Shown: positions 1-10,412 of the stretch, one piece after another | Layout of the letters: every line of letters begins with the position of its first letter | Position numbering within the stretch: position 1 is the first letter of the stretch | Source: Nemertoderma westbladi | Taxonomy: Eukaryota; Animalia; Xenacoelomorpha | Assembly: GCA_032718475.1 (NCBI GenBank) | Contig: JAUCBJ010007024.1 | Span: 1 to 57,233 of the forward strand | Direction of reading: 5' to 3' | Length of the DNA: 57,233 bases | Made by a program: the position numbers and the translations under genes | The notes under the pieces: generated by a model | Told to the model about the DNA's origin: nothing | What the model saw: the letters and a program-made list of their open reading frames with translations, nothing else | Database searches by the model: none

Positions 1-321
1 ATCCGTCGTGTCTTGTCACTTAGATAAGCTCACTGCTTCACCAGCAGCTATAAAACTACCTCAGCCTAGCATAGCCAGAACCACAGCCTGGGCAGGTTGG
101 CTAAGGCTGGTTGGATAAAGGCAGGCTGAGATACCAAATCCAAGACCAAGGCTGAGTACCAATCACAGCAAACTTCTCTAAGGAAGGACATTGACATAAC
201 TTTTCAATTTGATTACTCATGGCAATGATATTAATAATATAAAACTTTTACTGACTGTGTGTCAACCTCCTAACCATTTGGATTCGAATTATTGTTATTG
301 GTAATTAATTGGTAATTAAAG

Positions 322-480
322 ATGGTTGGAGTCTATTTAGAAGAAGATGTATTTAGCCACGGCCAGTTATATGTAGCCCTGAACCGTTTACAACATTCAG
401 TGGTCTCAAAATTTTTACCCCCAATGGCAACACAACAGTCACCAATGTTGTGTTTCCTGAACTTCTTATATAAACAATAT
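322..480 (+). pseudogene. Helitron/PIF1 helicase C-terminal fragment
   Basis: The FSHGQLYVALNR motif is present and the sequence degenerates downstream. Confidence 0.7.
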
Positions 481-670
481 TACAGTATAATAGTGTTCAA
501 ATTTGTATGTATTTGAAGAGTATTAACTCCAATTATTTATTACATACAAAGTAGCAACAACTGTATAAACATGGTTGACTACTAATTAATGTTTTTCTTT
601 TCATTTTCTTTTCTATTGACAATTCAGAAAAATTTGCGATTTCCGTCACTTATTATATATAATAAGTATA

Positions 671-985
671 CACTATGTCCCGTAATATAGTGTAATTTTC
701 TGATGACACGGACCCGCCCCCCCCCCCCCCCCCCACATTTTTCTACAAATCTTTATCATATTGCTTGAAATTTGAAACACAACTACAGTAGTTCAACTCA
801 CCGTCGATGACCCCATGAAGCCGGAATTTTCGATTTTGCCTTTAAATTTTTTTTATAAGCGTTTTAAAAAAGTGTCTCGTGAGCGTTTTAAAAAAGTGTC
901 TTGTGCGATGGGGAGGTAGGGGTAGGGGGGGGGGGGGGGGGGGTCCGTGTCATCAGAAAATGAAACTATATTATGGGACATGGTG
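671..985. mobile_element. Tc1/mariner-type MITE
   Basis: Imperfect TIRs CACTATGTCCCGTAATATAG..TTTTCTGATGACACGGACCC(C)n and (G)nGGTCCGTGTCATCAGAAAA..CTATATTATGGGACATGGTG, flanked by TA on both sides. Confidence 0.8.
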
Positions 986-1113
986 TATAATGTCACTTAT
1001 TGTTTTTAGTGTGATCAAATGTTACTAGCTGTAGGCGGCCCGAAGGGCCGCCTACAGCTAGTATAATATAATATAATAAATATAATATAATAGTAGATTC
1101 GCTAAACTCTGAT

Positions 1114-1620
1114 CTACATTTCTATTTCATCCATCGGTGCAAAGCTCTCAGAGATAATGAATGTGTACCAATAAGGTCCCTCCCCATAGACGCCGTTTAG
1201 ATTGGACTGGCTACTGTTGCACCTCCAATACCACCAAGCCCCTTTGAGAACAGCGGTGCAGTTTCCGAAATAATAATCGTTATCGCGATCATAGGTTGAC
1301 AAAGGTTGTCCATTCTCATAAAGTATTGAATTACCAGCTGTACCGCTGTACCCGGATATACTGTATGTAGCATGTAATTACTATTCGAATCACCGATAAT
1401 GAAGTAATTATACTCGGTATACTTGTGTTCTTCTTTGTACCACAGATCAATCAATCCTCAGTTTGACTCTGGCTTTGGTAAGTTCATAGATGTTGGTGAG
1501 TCCTAACCAAAAGTTATTTTCTACGTCACCGAAACCATGGATGTATTCCGACCATCCCATAAAGAAATCCTAGGACCCATCTATTCGCCTCTGTATCACC
1601 AGGGACCCACGGGGGCTCTG
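1114..1620 (-). pseudogene. Fibrinogen C-terminal domain (FReD/ficolin/tenascin-like) pseudogene, intronless
   Basis: The minus strand reads [33 protein letters not shown]...STYDRDND..NC....GAWWY..C..SNLNG, with an in-frame stop and frameshifts. Confidence 0.85.
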
Positions 1621-3963
1621 TCATCGTGGTGAAGTGAACCATCCAATCCACTGGAGTGGCTGATTAAGGAAATGGTGTCTACTGGGGTATTCGAGCAAAT
1701 GGATGCAGGAAGGGATGTTGGCGTGGATCTGCTTGTATCGATATTGCTATTCCGATTGTGATTGGTGATAGTTCAGGTGGGTATTCATAGTCTTCCTATG
1801 CATAATATGGCCTGTGAGATGCTATTTGGTGCTGCTGATGAGAGGAGCAAGAAGGGAGGTGGTGGTTCTGGACCAACCATGACCTATGTCTCAGATTGAA
1901 TGGTTTTTGCGCATCACCTGATCTTACATTCCACTCCTGTGGTTGGAATTTGAAGGAATTTAAGAAGAAAAAAGAAGAACTGAGGGATCTAGACATTGTA
2001 TGGAGAAACTGTCAAGAATTCCTAAGTCAAGAATACTGTCAAGAAAAAGTCCAAAAATTTCTCAGATTTCAATACCGAACTTATTGAAATGAGCCAAAAA
2101 ATATACAACTTAAACAAAAAATTCGAGAACTGGGTGGGTGGGTCTATCCCAACATCTGCATTAGATATTGAGATATGATATGTTAGATAGAGTTAGATTT
2201 GATGGATAGAGATAGAGATAGATTATGAATAATGCTGAGGACAAAAAACAAGACCATCTTGCCAGTTTAATGATTCGAAATGCAAAAATCAATTTTAAAA
2301 ACTTGAAGACCGATCACCTGTTATTTCAACTACCTGGCATATCAATTGATGATGACAAAACAAACTTAAAGTTACTCTATGGTGACCACCATGAAGGCCA
2401 TCTGTCAGTTTGATTTGCGCACTGCTATTCAAAGTTATGATACCAATATCACCATACTAATGGCTTCCTCGTACAGTAATGCCAATGATACAGGTGTGTG
2501 TGTGAAGTTAATAAGGGAGAGTGTGATGGGACCAAGGTCGGCCAGTTTGTGTTTGCTCTATGGCATGATGAAAGGTCAGTTGGTGAGGTTGTCTCTGTTG
2601 ACCAAGCGAAAGGACTCTTTATTCGCTATATGAAATGAACAAATACGTTAGATAATGACAATTGGAAGTGGCCAATGATAGATGATTGTCATTTGGACCC
2701 TTGCTTCCTAACTTCTCCTAGTATATCCTGTTCTTGTACTTTCACCGCATTCATCATACACCCGACTTACATTTCAATTGGTGAATGCTGCCATTTATAT
2801 TATATCATTGGATAAGTAAACAGACAAAATATTGTAATTATTCACCTTATACTGTATAAATATATATATGTTTTATTATATGTTCGCGCTTTTAGACCTT
2901 CAGCAGTTTAACCTGCCAATTTTAGTTGTCCTCTAGTTTATAAATCGACTTTAGCCTATATCGATTATTTAATGTACTGAAGTTACATCAGCCGAAGCCA
3001 GTCTGTGCGCGATCATTCACCCACAGTTAAGGGAGACTGGATTCGGGTGCCTTGAAAGTTATTGCAATGTAAACCTACTGTATTATTCGATTGATCGTTA
3101 CTATATAATCTCTGACAATATATTTACTTTCGGGGAAATATTAACAGTTCCTTTAGGACGTGGCGCTTTAAGTATAAAAACAGAGTTATGACTTATACTA
3201 ATCACAACTAGATGGCCACAGAGTTTCGTAAATAGCGCATTCTTTAGGAGATGCTTTATTATCTTTCACACTACTACACACGACTTCACACTACTTCACA
3301 CTACTGCGCACTAATCTGCCGACCGTCACTGAATTTGATCATATATAAGGAGGATTGCAACTGACACAAGTAGGGATTATGAAATAGCATTTAATTCACA
3401 CAAAAACCACTATTATTTAAGTCGCAATTGCTACCGGTAACCTGTTCCTCTTACCTTCAGTAATCAAGAAGATTGGGGGTTTTATGATTATTTATCGGTA
3501 TTCTCCAAATATATCAGCAATATACATCAATATAACAACAATTAATAACAGAAGTAAAATAATGCGGTGAACAGTCAGCATGTGTTACTTATGCAGTTAT
3601 GAAGTCAGGCAGTCAGGTGAGTTCGTAAGTGGTTGGTATGGTATGATATGTGTTCAGGATAATAGATTTACGTTCCTATAATCCAAGCCATCTGATGTTT
3701 AGGCCAAAGTCTGAAACTTCCAAAACAGAAGTACAGAAGATTCCAAGCCGGTTCTGAGGCTCAGAAAGGTAAACAAAGACCGTAATGCATTGCGCGGGTT
3801 TCCATAGGCCTCTGTAAAACATAAAGTGAAAATCGCTCTGATTGGCTGAGCAGAACAACGAAATTCCACGTCCATAAAGAATCAGCTGATAGATTTCGTC
3901 ATCTGGGCTCTGATTCCTCCCTTTCCCGTAGTTGGATAAATTTAGGGCTATCTTAGAGTATTC

Positions 3964-4062
3964 TGCGCATTGCGGCAAAAATGACTTGTTATGTCCTCAA
4001 AAGCATCTACACTGCGCATTGCGGGAAAAAATGACTTGTTATGTCCGCAAAAGCTTTTACAC
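3964..4062. repeat. Two-copy tandem repeat of about 48 bp
   Basis: TGCGCATTGCGG(C/G)AAAAATGACTTGTTATGTCC(T/G)CAAAAGC..TACAC occurs twice. Confidence 0.8.
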
Positions 4063-4139
4063 CGCTCCCAGAAAATGGGATTTAAGTCTATAAAATATAA
4101 AAAATCACAGTTTCTAAAATATAAAAATACTCTAAATGG

Positions 4140-4760
4140 TTAGTCCTTCTTACGTGAACGGCGTTTACGAAGTTTTTTGAGGCTAGCAAGAGTCCTTTTC
4201 TCTTTGGGGCAAGCCACTTTACTAGGAGGGCTATAACTCCTGGGTGAGGGGTGCAATATGATTGCATCGGAAGGTTTAGGGTTACTGTCGGTGTATCCGC
4301 TGGTCGAGGTACCCGGTTGATCGATATCAACCTCAGTGGAACGAGGTCGAACAACCTTTAGAGCGCGTTTCAAGACAGCAGCTCTTACTGGTCCCTGACG
4401 GGTCGTTGGCACGAGAGTGGTAGGCGGACTGTGAGTAGTGAGAAATTTCCTCGGTTTGATGGTTCTTTCTAACTCGCGTTCTCGGGCTCTATATTCATAG
4501 GGTCGTCTATGAACTTCCTGTAGTTCTGGATGCGAGTTGATGAACAAGTCACCATATTCCGGATCTTGATGGATGAAGTTGATCAAGTTATAGGAATTAA
4601 GGTCGTTAGGATTAATGTTCCTGAGGTACTTGCGAACAAATTTGGTCGAAATATTCTCGCCAACACGCTTCATTAGCTCGTAGCTCGGTGTGCGAGATTT
4701 TTGCTCAACGGAAGCAAAGAGATACCGGTTAAATGCATAGACTCCTTCATAGGTTGCCAT
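4140..4760 (-). CDS. Hypothetical intronless protein of about 206 aa with a basic C-terminus (possibly TE- or virus-derived)
   Basis: Open frame from ATG (MATYEGV...) ending in an NLS-like KKLRKRRSRKKD. No family recognised. Confidence 0.4.
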   Translation of the reverse strand: MATYEGVYAFNRYLFASVEQKSRTPSYELMKRVGENISTKFVRKYLRNINPNDLNSYNLINFIHQDPEYGDLFINSHPELQEVHRRPYEYRARERELERTIKPRKFLTTHSPPTTLVPTTRQGPVRAAVLKRALKVVRPRSTEVDIDQPGTSTSGYTDSNPKPSDAIILHPSPRSYSPPSKVACPKEKRTLASLKKLRKRRSRKKD

Positions 4761-4770
4761 TTCCTGGTGC

Positions 4771-4862
4771 TTCAAACGGTGCCGTTTAAAATGGCCCAAC
4801 TCTACATGATTTTGTCAATTTACAGATAGGCCATTTTAAATGGTGCCGTTTAAAATGGTCTA
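4771..4862. repeat. Tandem repeat of about 64 bp with a 32-36-bp imperfect palindrome; continues at 13452-13512 beyond the E1 insertion
   Basis: Unit ACTCTA(C/A)ATGATTTTGTCAATT(T/C)ACAG(A/T)TAGGCCATTTTAAA(C/T)GG..CGTTTAAAAT is found on both sides of E1. Confidence 0.8.
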
Positions 4863-5562
4863 TGTTGCGGGATAAATCCATTAATAATGTAATTATTGAT
4901 AAGGGCATGCATGACGGGCTTTAGCTTGTTTGGATTGAAGCGAAGGGACCATCAGAGAGGGATATTGGTGTAAATTGTTGGGAGAGCGTCTGGTTATTGA
5001 GTGTGAGAGAGAGAGAGAGAGAGAGGGAATCTGTATTGAGCTGTGATGGTTAGATTGCAATGGCGCGAGGTGAGTGGTAATTAAAAGGTCGGGTGAAGGG
5101 CAATGTAATAGTAAGCTGAGGGGGGAACCTGTTACCGTGTAGAAACAAGCCAATAAAAATAGCTTCCTGGTTGACACGGTAGGGAGTGCCTTATTGCTAG
5201 AAAAGTTTGGTTAACCAATCAGGATGCAATATAGATAGATAGAAAAATCCAATCTTGTTTTATATACGAACAATATATTATTTATGATGTAAATTAATTA
5301 GGACAGAATCCCCGAGAGGATACAATGATTTGTAATGGGGCCCTTTGGCAAAAAAACCGATTAGCATCCTGTTTGGTTTCCCATAATTAAATATATTATT
5401 TACCGGTGAATTATTAGTACATATTATTAACTGAAATAACTAAAAAGGAAGAAGAAGATAAACTATCATTTTTCATAGTACGTAAATTATGGGACGAGCC
5501 TTACGGGCGGGTTTTCGGTCAAACCCATATACCGTGTAACCACTGAGGGGATTCCAGGAACA
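4863..5562 (+). repeat. E1 5' LTR (700 bp)
   Basis: TGTTGCGGG...CCAGGAACA, repeated at a constant offset of 7884. Confidence 0.97.
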
Positions 5563-5672
5563 AAATTACAAATCAATTATCCAAAAAAGAAGATGACCAA
5601 TAATTAACTAAGCTTAAGCCCTCCTTAATGAAAATAATGAAGAACAAATCGAGAGTAAATTAAAGTCGAAAT

Positions 5673-8600
5673 ATGTCTTCTATTGGTGGAGGGAGTAACA
5701 TAGCAGAAAAAATCCAGGCGGATAACTTATCTACAACTGATGGATGGATTAGGACGGGTAAGGTTCTCGCGCGGACACCCCCTGGTGGTCCTAGTGGTAT
5801 ACCGTTGTCCGAGGGTGATGAGAACATTCAACCATACGAACCTGAATCTACCAACGAGTACAATGGACGAGTGGGATGGGCAGAGCCTTCCGGAATTACC
5901 CAAACGGCCCAGGAAACGCAAAAGGACGCCGGCCAGGGGATACCCCCAATTGAGGAAGGACCCCCTCCATTCCAATATGGCGGGCCCCCAAGGGATTTGT
6001 TTCCGGACCTACAAAGAATGAGAACCAGACAGGCGAAACCAAACCCGCAGATAATTCACGCCACAGACCCGGAATCCATATTGAGGAGTGGCAGGAGGGC
6101 TGAACGAGAACTATTTGGAACTGAGACAAATCCCAGGTTGGAGCTTCCTGATCCTATAAAACTCGGTAAGATACTTGACTCATTACATACATACTTAAAT
6201 CATTTACGTGCGTATGGAGAGAATTCAAAGGCTGATGAACTCCAGCAAAGGGTTGATTCCCAGCTGAAGGGGAGCCAACTAGAAATCTCTCCAAACGCTA
6301 ATACAGTTAACCAGGAAGTAGTAGTGGCAACTGAGGAGGGGTCAGAGGTCCATCGGTCTAATGTCTCACATCCCGAAATAAATCCCGAGGATTCAGTTTC
6401 CCAAGCAGGTGTGAGTCACCTTGTTGAGAGGAAAAGTCAAGTTGGATCGATGGGGGGTTCTCTCCGTTCCTCAGTTGTGGCTCGATTCCGTGAGAGAGTA
6501 GCAAGAGAAGACAGAGCGATGGCACTTAAAAATTTGTGGAAATGTGCAGAACGTGAGGCCAATTTAAAACGTGTGGAACGAGCGGAACAACTTAAGGAAC
6601 TTGAATTAAAATCTAAAATTGAGCGAGAACTAAAATTGATTGAGGCAGAGGATCAGTTAGCTAAATTGGAAGAACAATCATCTGATGTGGCCTGGAATGA
6701 GCGTGATGTCAGTAGAACGAATAAAAATATTGAAAAATATGTGAAAGGTGTAATCCAGACATCAAAACCCCTTTCTGAAGGTGTAGTTCGCCCAAAGCAA
6801 AAACAAATAATACAGCCACGTCCCGCTATTGATTTGGCTTCAGAGAATATAGGATTTATACCACGCCCATTGAAATTGCCAAATAAGCAGGTTCAAAAAA
6901 CCCCTAAAATTCTAGTAGAACCTAATAAAATAATATTACAAAGTAATCAACCAATGGGTATTAGTGGCCAAAGAACTGTAACTCAGCCATTGGTTAATGC
7001 GGTGGGTGAATCCAATACTATTAATCCTCCTAGGGTACCAGTTTACGATTTCTCTGAAATATACAGTAGACAAGATGACTGTAATGTAAATGAAAGGAAT
7101 GGTATATCGGTATCTCGTATGCCCATAACAATGAATACAGAATTAGAAAATAATGTAGAATATAGTAGACCTGCTGATGGGTATGTTGTAACCCAATCTA
7201 CTCCTGTTATGGCAAGAGTTAATACAGGTGATAATAATACTGTCAATAGGGTTACTACAGAGAAGAAATTAGATCCCCGGTTAAATCCTAATGTTAATCA
7301 TTTTAACCCAGGAACAAAATATATAATGTCAACAAACAATATCAGTGAAATTAAAAGAACTGAGTTTTTAGGGATGCCAGAGACCAATCAAAATTCAGAG
7401 ATTGGTCTCGGCCAATTGAGATACCCAATAATTGGTGGGTATAACAGGAAAACCTATGGACAAACTACCGGAATTAATACCGGTGAATATTCAGGTGTTC
7501 CAGGGGATCCCAGGGGGAATGGAGGACCAGGGGATCCGCCCGATCCTTGGAAAGGAAAACAATCAGCTTCATCGTGGCAAGGAGAACAAGGCAGGTCTAT
7601 TGATATAAGTGGGGGGATGGAACATATGGCAGCTGTGGTGGATGCAATAAAAATGAAATTAGAGCTTCCTGAAGCTAAGCCATTCATATTCGATGGAATA
7701 AACCCTGAAGAGTATATTCAATTTCGGAAGTTATACACTTCTGAAATACTGGGCAAATCCCTATCAGACGCCCGAAAAATGAATTATCTGATGGCCTACA
7801 CAAAGGGTAAAGCACATCAGGTGGTCCGCCAATATGCGGGAATGTCGGAAGGATATTCTATGGCATGGGCAGCCCTTGAGAGACGATACGGTAATCCAGG
7901 CCGTATTCTACAAGCTACCATAGACAGGCTTGTGGAAAACCCTGAGATCAAGACAAAGGGGGATTTCCGAGACTTTTCGGATAAGGTGAACAAGGCTTTG
8001 GTGGCTCTAGACCAACTGGGGATGCCTCAGGAGTTAAACTCCGTGTCGAATATGCGAGACCTTGTGGAGGTACTCCCGTTCCATGCAAGGGCTCAGTGGA
8101 GAAAAAATTCAGCACGGGTCCGAAGCACCCATAATCGGGAGCCTAAATTCTATGAGCTCGCAGAATTTCTATCAGATTACGTGGAATATATTGATGACCC
8201 TATATATGGGGAAGACCGATTTCGGTCCAACAGAACAAGAATATCGGACAAAAGCACCGAGATGTCCAGAAAGACTCGAAATGAATTACCGAGAAGAACT
8301 TTTGAGTCCAGAGGTTACAGAGATGGAGGGACATTTTCTGCCACGTCGACCTCGACAAGTCCCTGTAGCGATAGCAGTGTGTCAGAAAAGCGTGTACACT
8401 TCCGAGACCTGTCAAGATCTTCACTGGGATCTGAAGGATCATATTCCGGATCTGGATTGATTGCCTGTGATAAGGGTGCGCGGTGTTACCTTCACCCCCG
8501 CAGCAATAACCACGACATCCAGGACTGTAATTCTTGGATTAAGGCTTCAATCGATGATCAATGGGAGTATGTTAAGCGGAATGGGCTTTGTAGGGATTGC

Positions 8601-10394
8601 ATGAAACCTGGACATTTGGGTCGAAATTGCCCCACTAGAGGAACACAACCAAAGGAAGGGTGGTATTCAAAATCTTACAGTACTGTACGATCGTGCAGCA
8701 ATAAAGGGTGGAATAGTGATTCACAAAACCAGAAGTATGTGAGAACGCCTGTTAAAAGTCAGGAAAAGGCTACACATATCACCCGGCCGGATTCGCGTTT
8801 TGAAAATGTTACCTCCAATAAAGATAACACCAAAGAAGAGGGATATAATTCACCTATCCCTATTTTGAAATCTACAACAGAGCAGAAAGATGAAACGCGT
8901 GTTGGCTCATGTATGAGTGTGTCATGGGGAAAGGTTCTACTAAAAGTAGTCCCAATTCGAGTTTCTAATGAGGGTAGGAGTGTGTCCACTTACGCATTGT
9001 TGGATAATGGGTCAACCCTAACACTAATTAACACTGAAATCAGTGATGACTTGGGTATAAAGGGAAAACCCTTTAACCTTGACATTGCAGTGGTAGGTAA
9101 AAAACAAGAGAGAACACAAGCAAAAGAGATAACATGTACTTTTGGATCAGTACATAAGGGAAATGCATTTTCAATAAATATTTCCCATGCAAGTGCGATC
9201 CCAGAAGTCGGGGTGTTTTACTCCCCGCCATTGGAGGCAGAGGTGGAAAAATATAACCACCTCCAAGGTATTCCCTTCGCCCACACAGAAGTCGATGTCC
9301 CCAAGATTACCGTCCTTATTGGGATGGACAACCCAATTGCGCATCAGGTTCTGGAGGAACGTTGGGGTTCCGACCCAAATAATATGCCAAAGGCAGAACG
9401 GACACCATTTGGTTGGGTAGTAGTAGGACCAATAAATGGGGTACACACGGAGAGGCAGGCCACTCACACAACCTCTCTAAAAATACAAACGGCCCAAACT
9501 CTACAACAAAAAACTGATAAAGTGGTTGAAGGGCCACATGAGGAAAAAGAAATCCAGGAGGGAACCCGAAAGAGCCGCAAAAAAGATGTTCCTCATAGGG
9601 TAGGTTCAGTTAACTTCATTGGGACGGAACGGGACTTGGAAAAACTGTATAACTTAGACTGCGAAGGATTATATGATCAGTCGATGGGAAAATCACAGGA
9701 AGACAAAAGGGCCGAGAAAATTATGGAAGAGACTATGAGAATGGTAGATGGCCACTACCAAGTTCAAATGCTCTGGAAGGATAAGGATAAGCCTCTCATC
9801 AATAACAAGACGATGGCTTTAAACCGAATGATTAAGTTACAAGAAAAGTTAAAAACTTGTCCAGAACGAGAAGTAATGGTCAGGGAAGTAATTGAAAATT
9901 ATATAAAAATGGGATGGGCTGAAAAATTGCCTGATACCATTCCTGACACTCCTAGGACATACTACCTGCCCTTACACATAGTTTGGGAGGAACATAAAAA
10001 CAGAATCCGCCTTGTTAAAGATGCTGCCGCTAAATACCGCGGATTTAGCCTTAATGACTATTTGATGCAAGGCCCAAATCTGTTTAACACATGTTTAGAT
10101 GTTCTACTAACTTTTAGAAGTGGAATTTTCGCCTTCACGTGTGACGTGGAGGCGATGTTCCACCAAGTAAAAGTATACCCGGAAGACGCTGATAGCCTCC
10201 GTTTTTTATGGTGGGATAACCATGAAGGATGTACAAAAACTAACATTTACCGTATGTTGGTGCATATTTTCGGAGCAAAACATTCTCCATGCGTCACAAC
10301 CAAGGCACTCAGACAGGCCCCTTTAGATCAGGCCCCTTTATGTCCTCCGTCCGTGAAGGAAATGATAACGGAGAAATTTTATGTTGATGATTAA
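5673..10394 (+). CDS. E1 Gag-protease-partial RT polyprotein
   Basis: Pao gag (FDG..EEY..F; AW..LE.RYG), Cys/His knuckles (CRDCMKPGHLGRNC), protease YALLDNGS, TPFGW, RT motifs SLND.LMQGPNL, DVEAMFHQV and HIFGAKHSP. It ends at FYVDD-stop. Confidence 0.95.
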   Translation: MSSIGGGSNIAEKIQADNLSTTDGWIRTGKVLARTPPGGPSGIPLSEGDENIQPYEPESTNEYNGRVGWAEPSGITQTAQETQKDAGQGIPPIEEGPPPFQYGGPPRDLFPDLQRMRTRQAKPNPQIIHATDPESILRSGRRAERELFGTETNPRLELPDPIKLGKILDSLHTYLNHLRAYGENSKADELQQRVDSQLKGSQLEISPNANTVNQEVVVATEEGSEVHRSNVSHPEINPEDSVSQAGVSHLVERKSQVGSMGGSLRSSVVARFRERVAREDRAMALKNLWKCAEREANLKRVERAEQLKELELKSKIERELKLIEAEDQLAKLEEQSSDVAWNERDVSRTNKNIEKYVKGVIQTSKPLSEGVVRPKQKQIIQPRPAIDLASENIGFIPRPLKLPNKQVQKTPKILVEPNKIILQSNQPMGISGQRTVTQPLVNAVGESNTINPPRVPVYDFSEIYSRQDDCNVNERNGISVSRMPITMNTELENNVEYSRPADGYVVTQSTPVMARVNTGDNNTVNRVTTEKKLDPRLNPNVNHFNPGTKYIMSTNNISEIKRTEFLGMPETNQNSEIGLGQLRYPIIGGYNRKTYGQTTGINTGEYSGVPGDPRGNGGPGDPPDPWKGKQSASSWQGEQGRSIDISGGMEHMAAVVDAIKMKLELPEAKPFIFDGINPEEYIQFRKLYTSEILGKSLSDARKMNYLMAYTKGKAHQVVRQYAGMSEGYSMAWAALERRYGNPGRILQATIDRLVENPEIKTKGDFRDFSDKVNKALVALDQLGMPQELNSVSNMRDLVEVLPFHARAQWRKNSARVRSTHNREPKFYELAEFLSDYVEYIDDPIYGEDRFRSNRTRISDKSTEMSRKTRNELPRRTFESRGYRDGGTFSATSTSTSPCSDSSVSEKRVHFRDLSRSSLGSEGSYSGSGLIACDKGARCYLHPRSNNHDIQDCNSWIKASIDDQWEYVKRNGLCRDCMKPGHLGRNCPTRGTQPKEGWYSKSYSTVRSCSNKGWNSDSQNQKYVRTPVKSQEKATHITRPDSRFENVTSNKDNTKEEGYNSPIPILKSTTEQKDETRVGSCMSVSWGKVLLKVVPIRVSNEGRSVSTYALLDNGSTLTLINTEISDDLGIKGKPFNLDIAVVGKKQERTQAKEITCTFGSVHKGNAFSINISHASAIPEVGVFYSPPLEAEVEKYNHLQGIPFAHTEVDVPKITVLIGMDNPIAHQVLEERWGSDPNNMPKAERTPFGWVVVGPINGVHTERQATHTTSLKIQTAQTLQQKTDKVVEGPHEEKEIQEGTRKSRKKDVPHRVGSVNFIGTERDLEKLYNLDCEGLYDQSMGKSQEDKRAEKIMEETMRMVDGHYQVQMLWKDKDKPLINNKTMALNRMIKLQEKLKTCPEREVMVREVIENYIKMGWAEKLPDTIPDTPRTYYLPLHIVWEEHKNRIRLVKDAAAKYRGFSLNDYLMQGPNLFNTCLDVLLTFRSGIFAFTCDVEAMFHQVKVYPEDADSLRFLWWDNHEGCTKTNIYRMLVHIFGAKHSPCVTTKALRQAPLDQAPLCPPSVKEMITEKFYVDD

Positions 10395-10412
10395 CAAGGA
10401 AAACCTGTTAAA

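Larger units (their letters stand above)
195..1062 (+). mobile_element. Helitron 3' remnant (PIF1-type helicase C-terminus plus terminal hairpin and CTAG)
   Basis: The ORF at 322 reads VGVYLEEDVFSHGQLYVALNR, matching the PIF1/RepHel motif VI (FxHGQLYVALSR). A GC-rich hairpin GGCGGCCC-GAA-GGGCCGCC is followed by CTAG|T at 1058-1062. The left boundary is uncertain. Confidence 0.7.

Noticed and set aside
2225-2720. Coding-like fragment (KVGQFVFALWHDERSVGEVVSVD...WKWP)
   Set aside because: It may be a decayed DNA-transposon ORF, but it is too degraded to assign.
4893-5177. Duplicated 94-aa ORF (also 12777-13061) and duplicated 73-aa ORF (33544 and 45945)
   Set aside because: They lie inside LTRs, so the duplication is trivial. 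They have non-ATG starts and no protein features.
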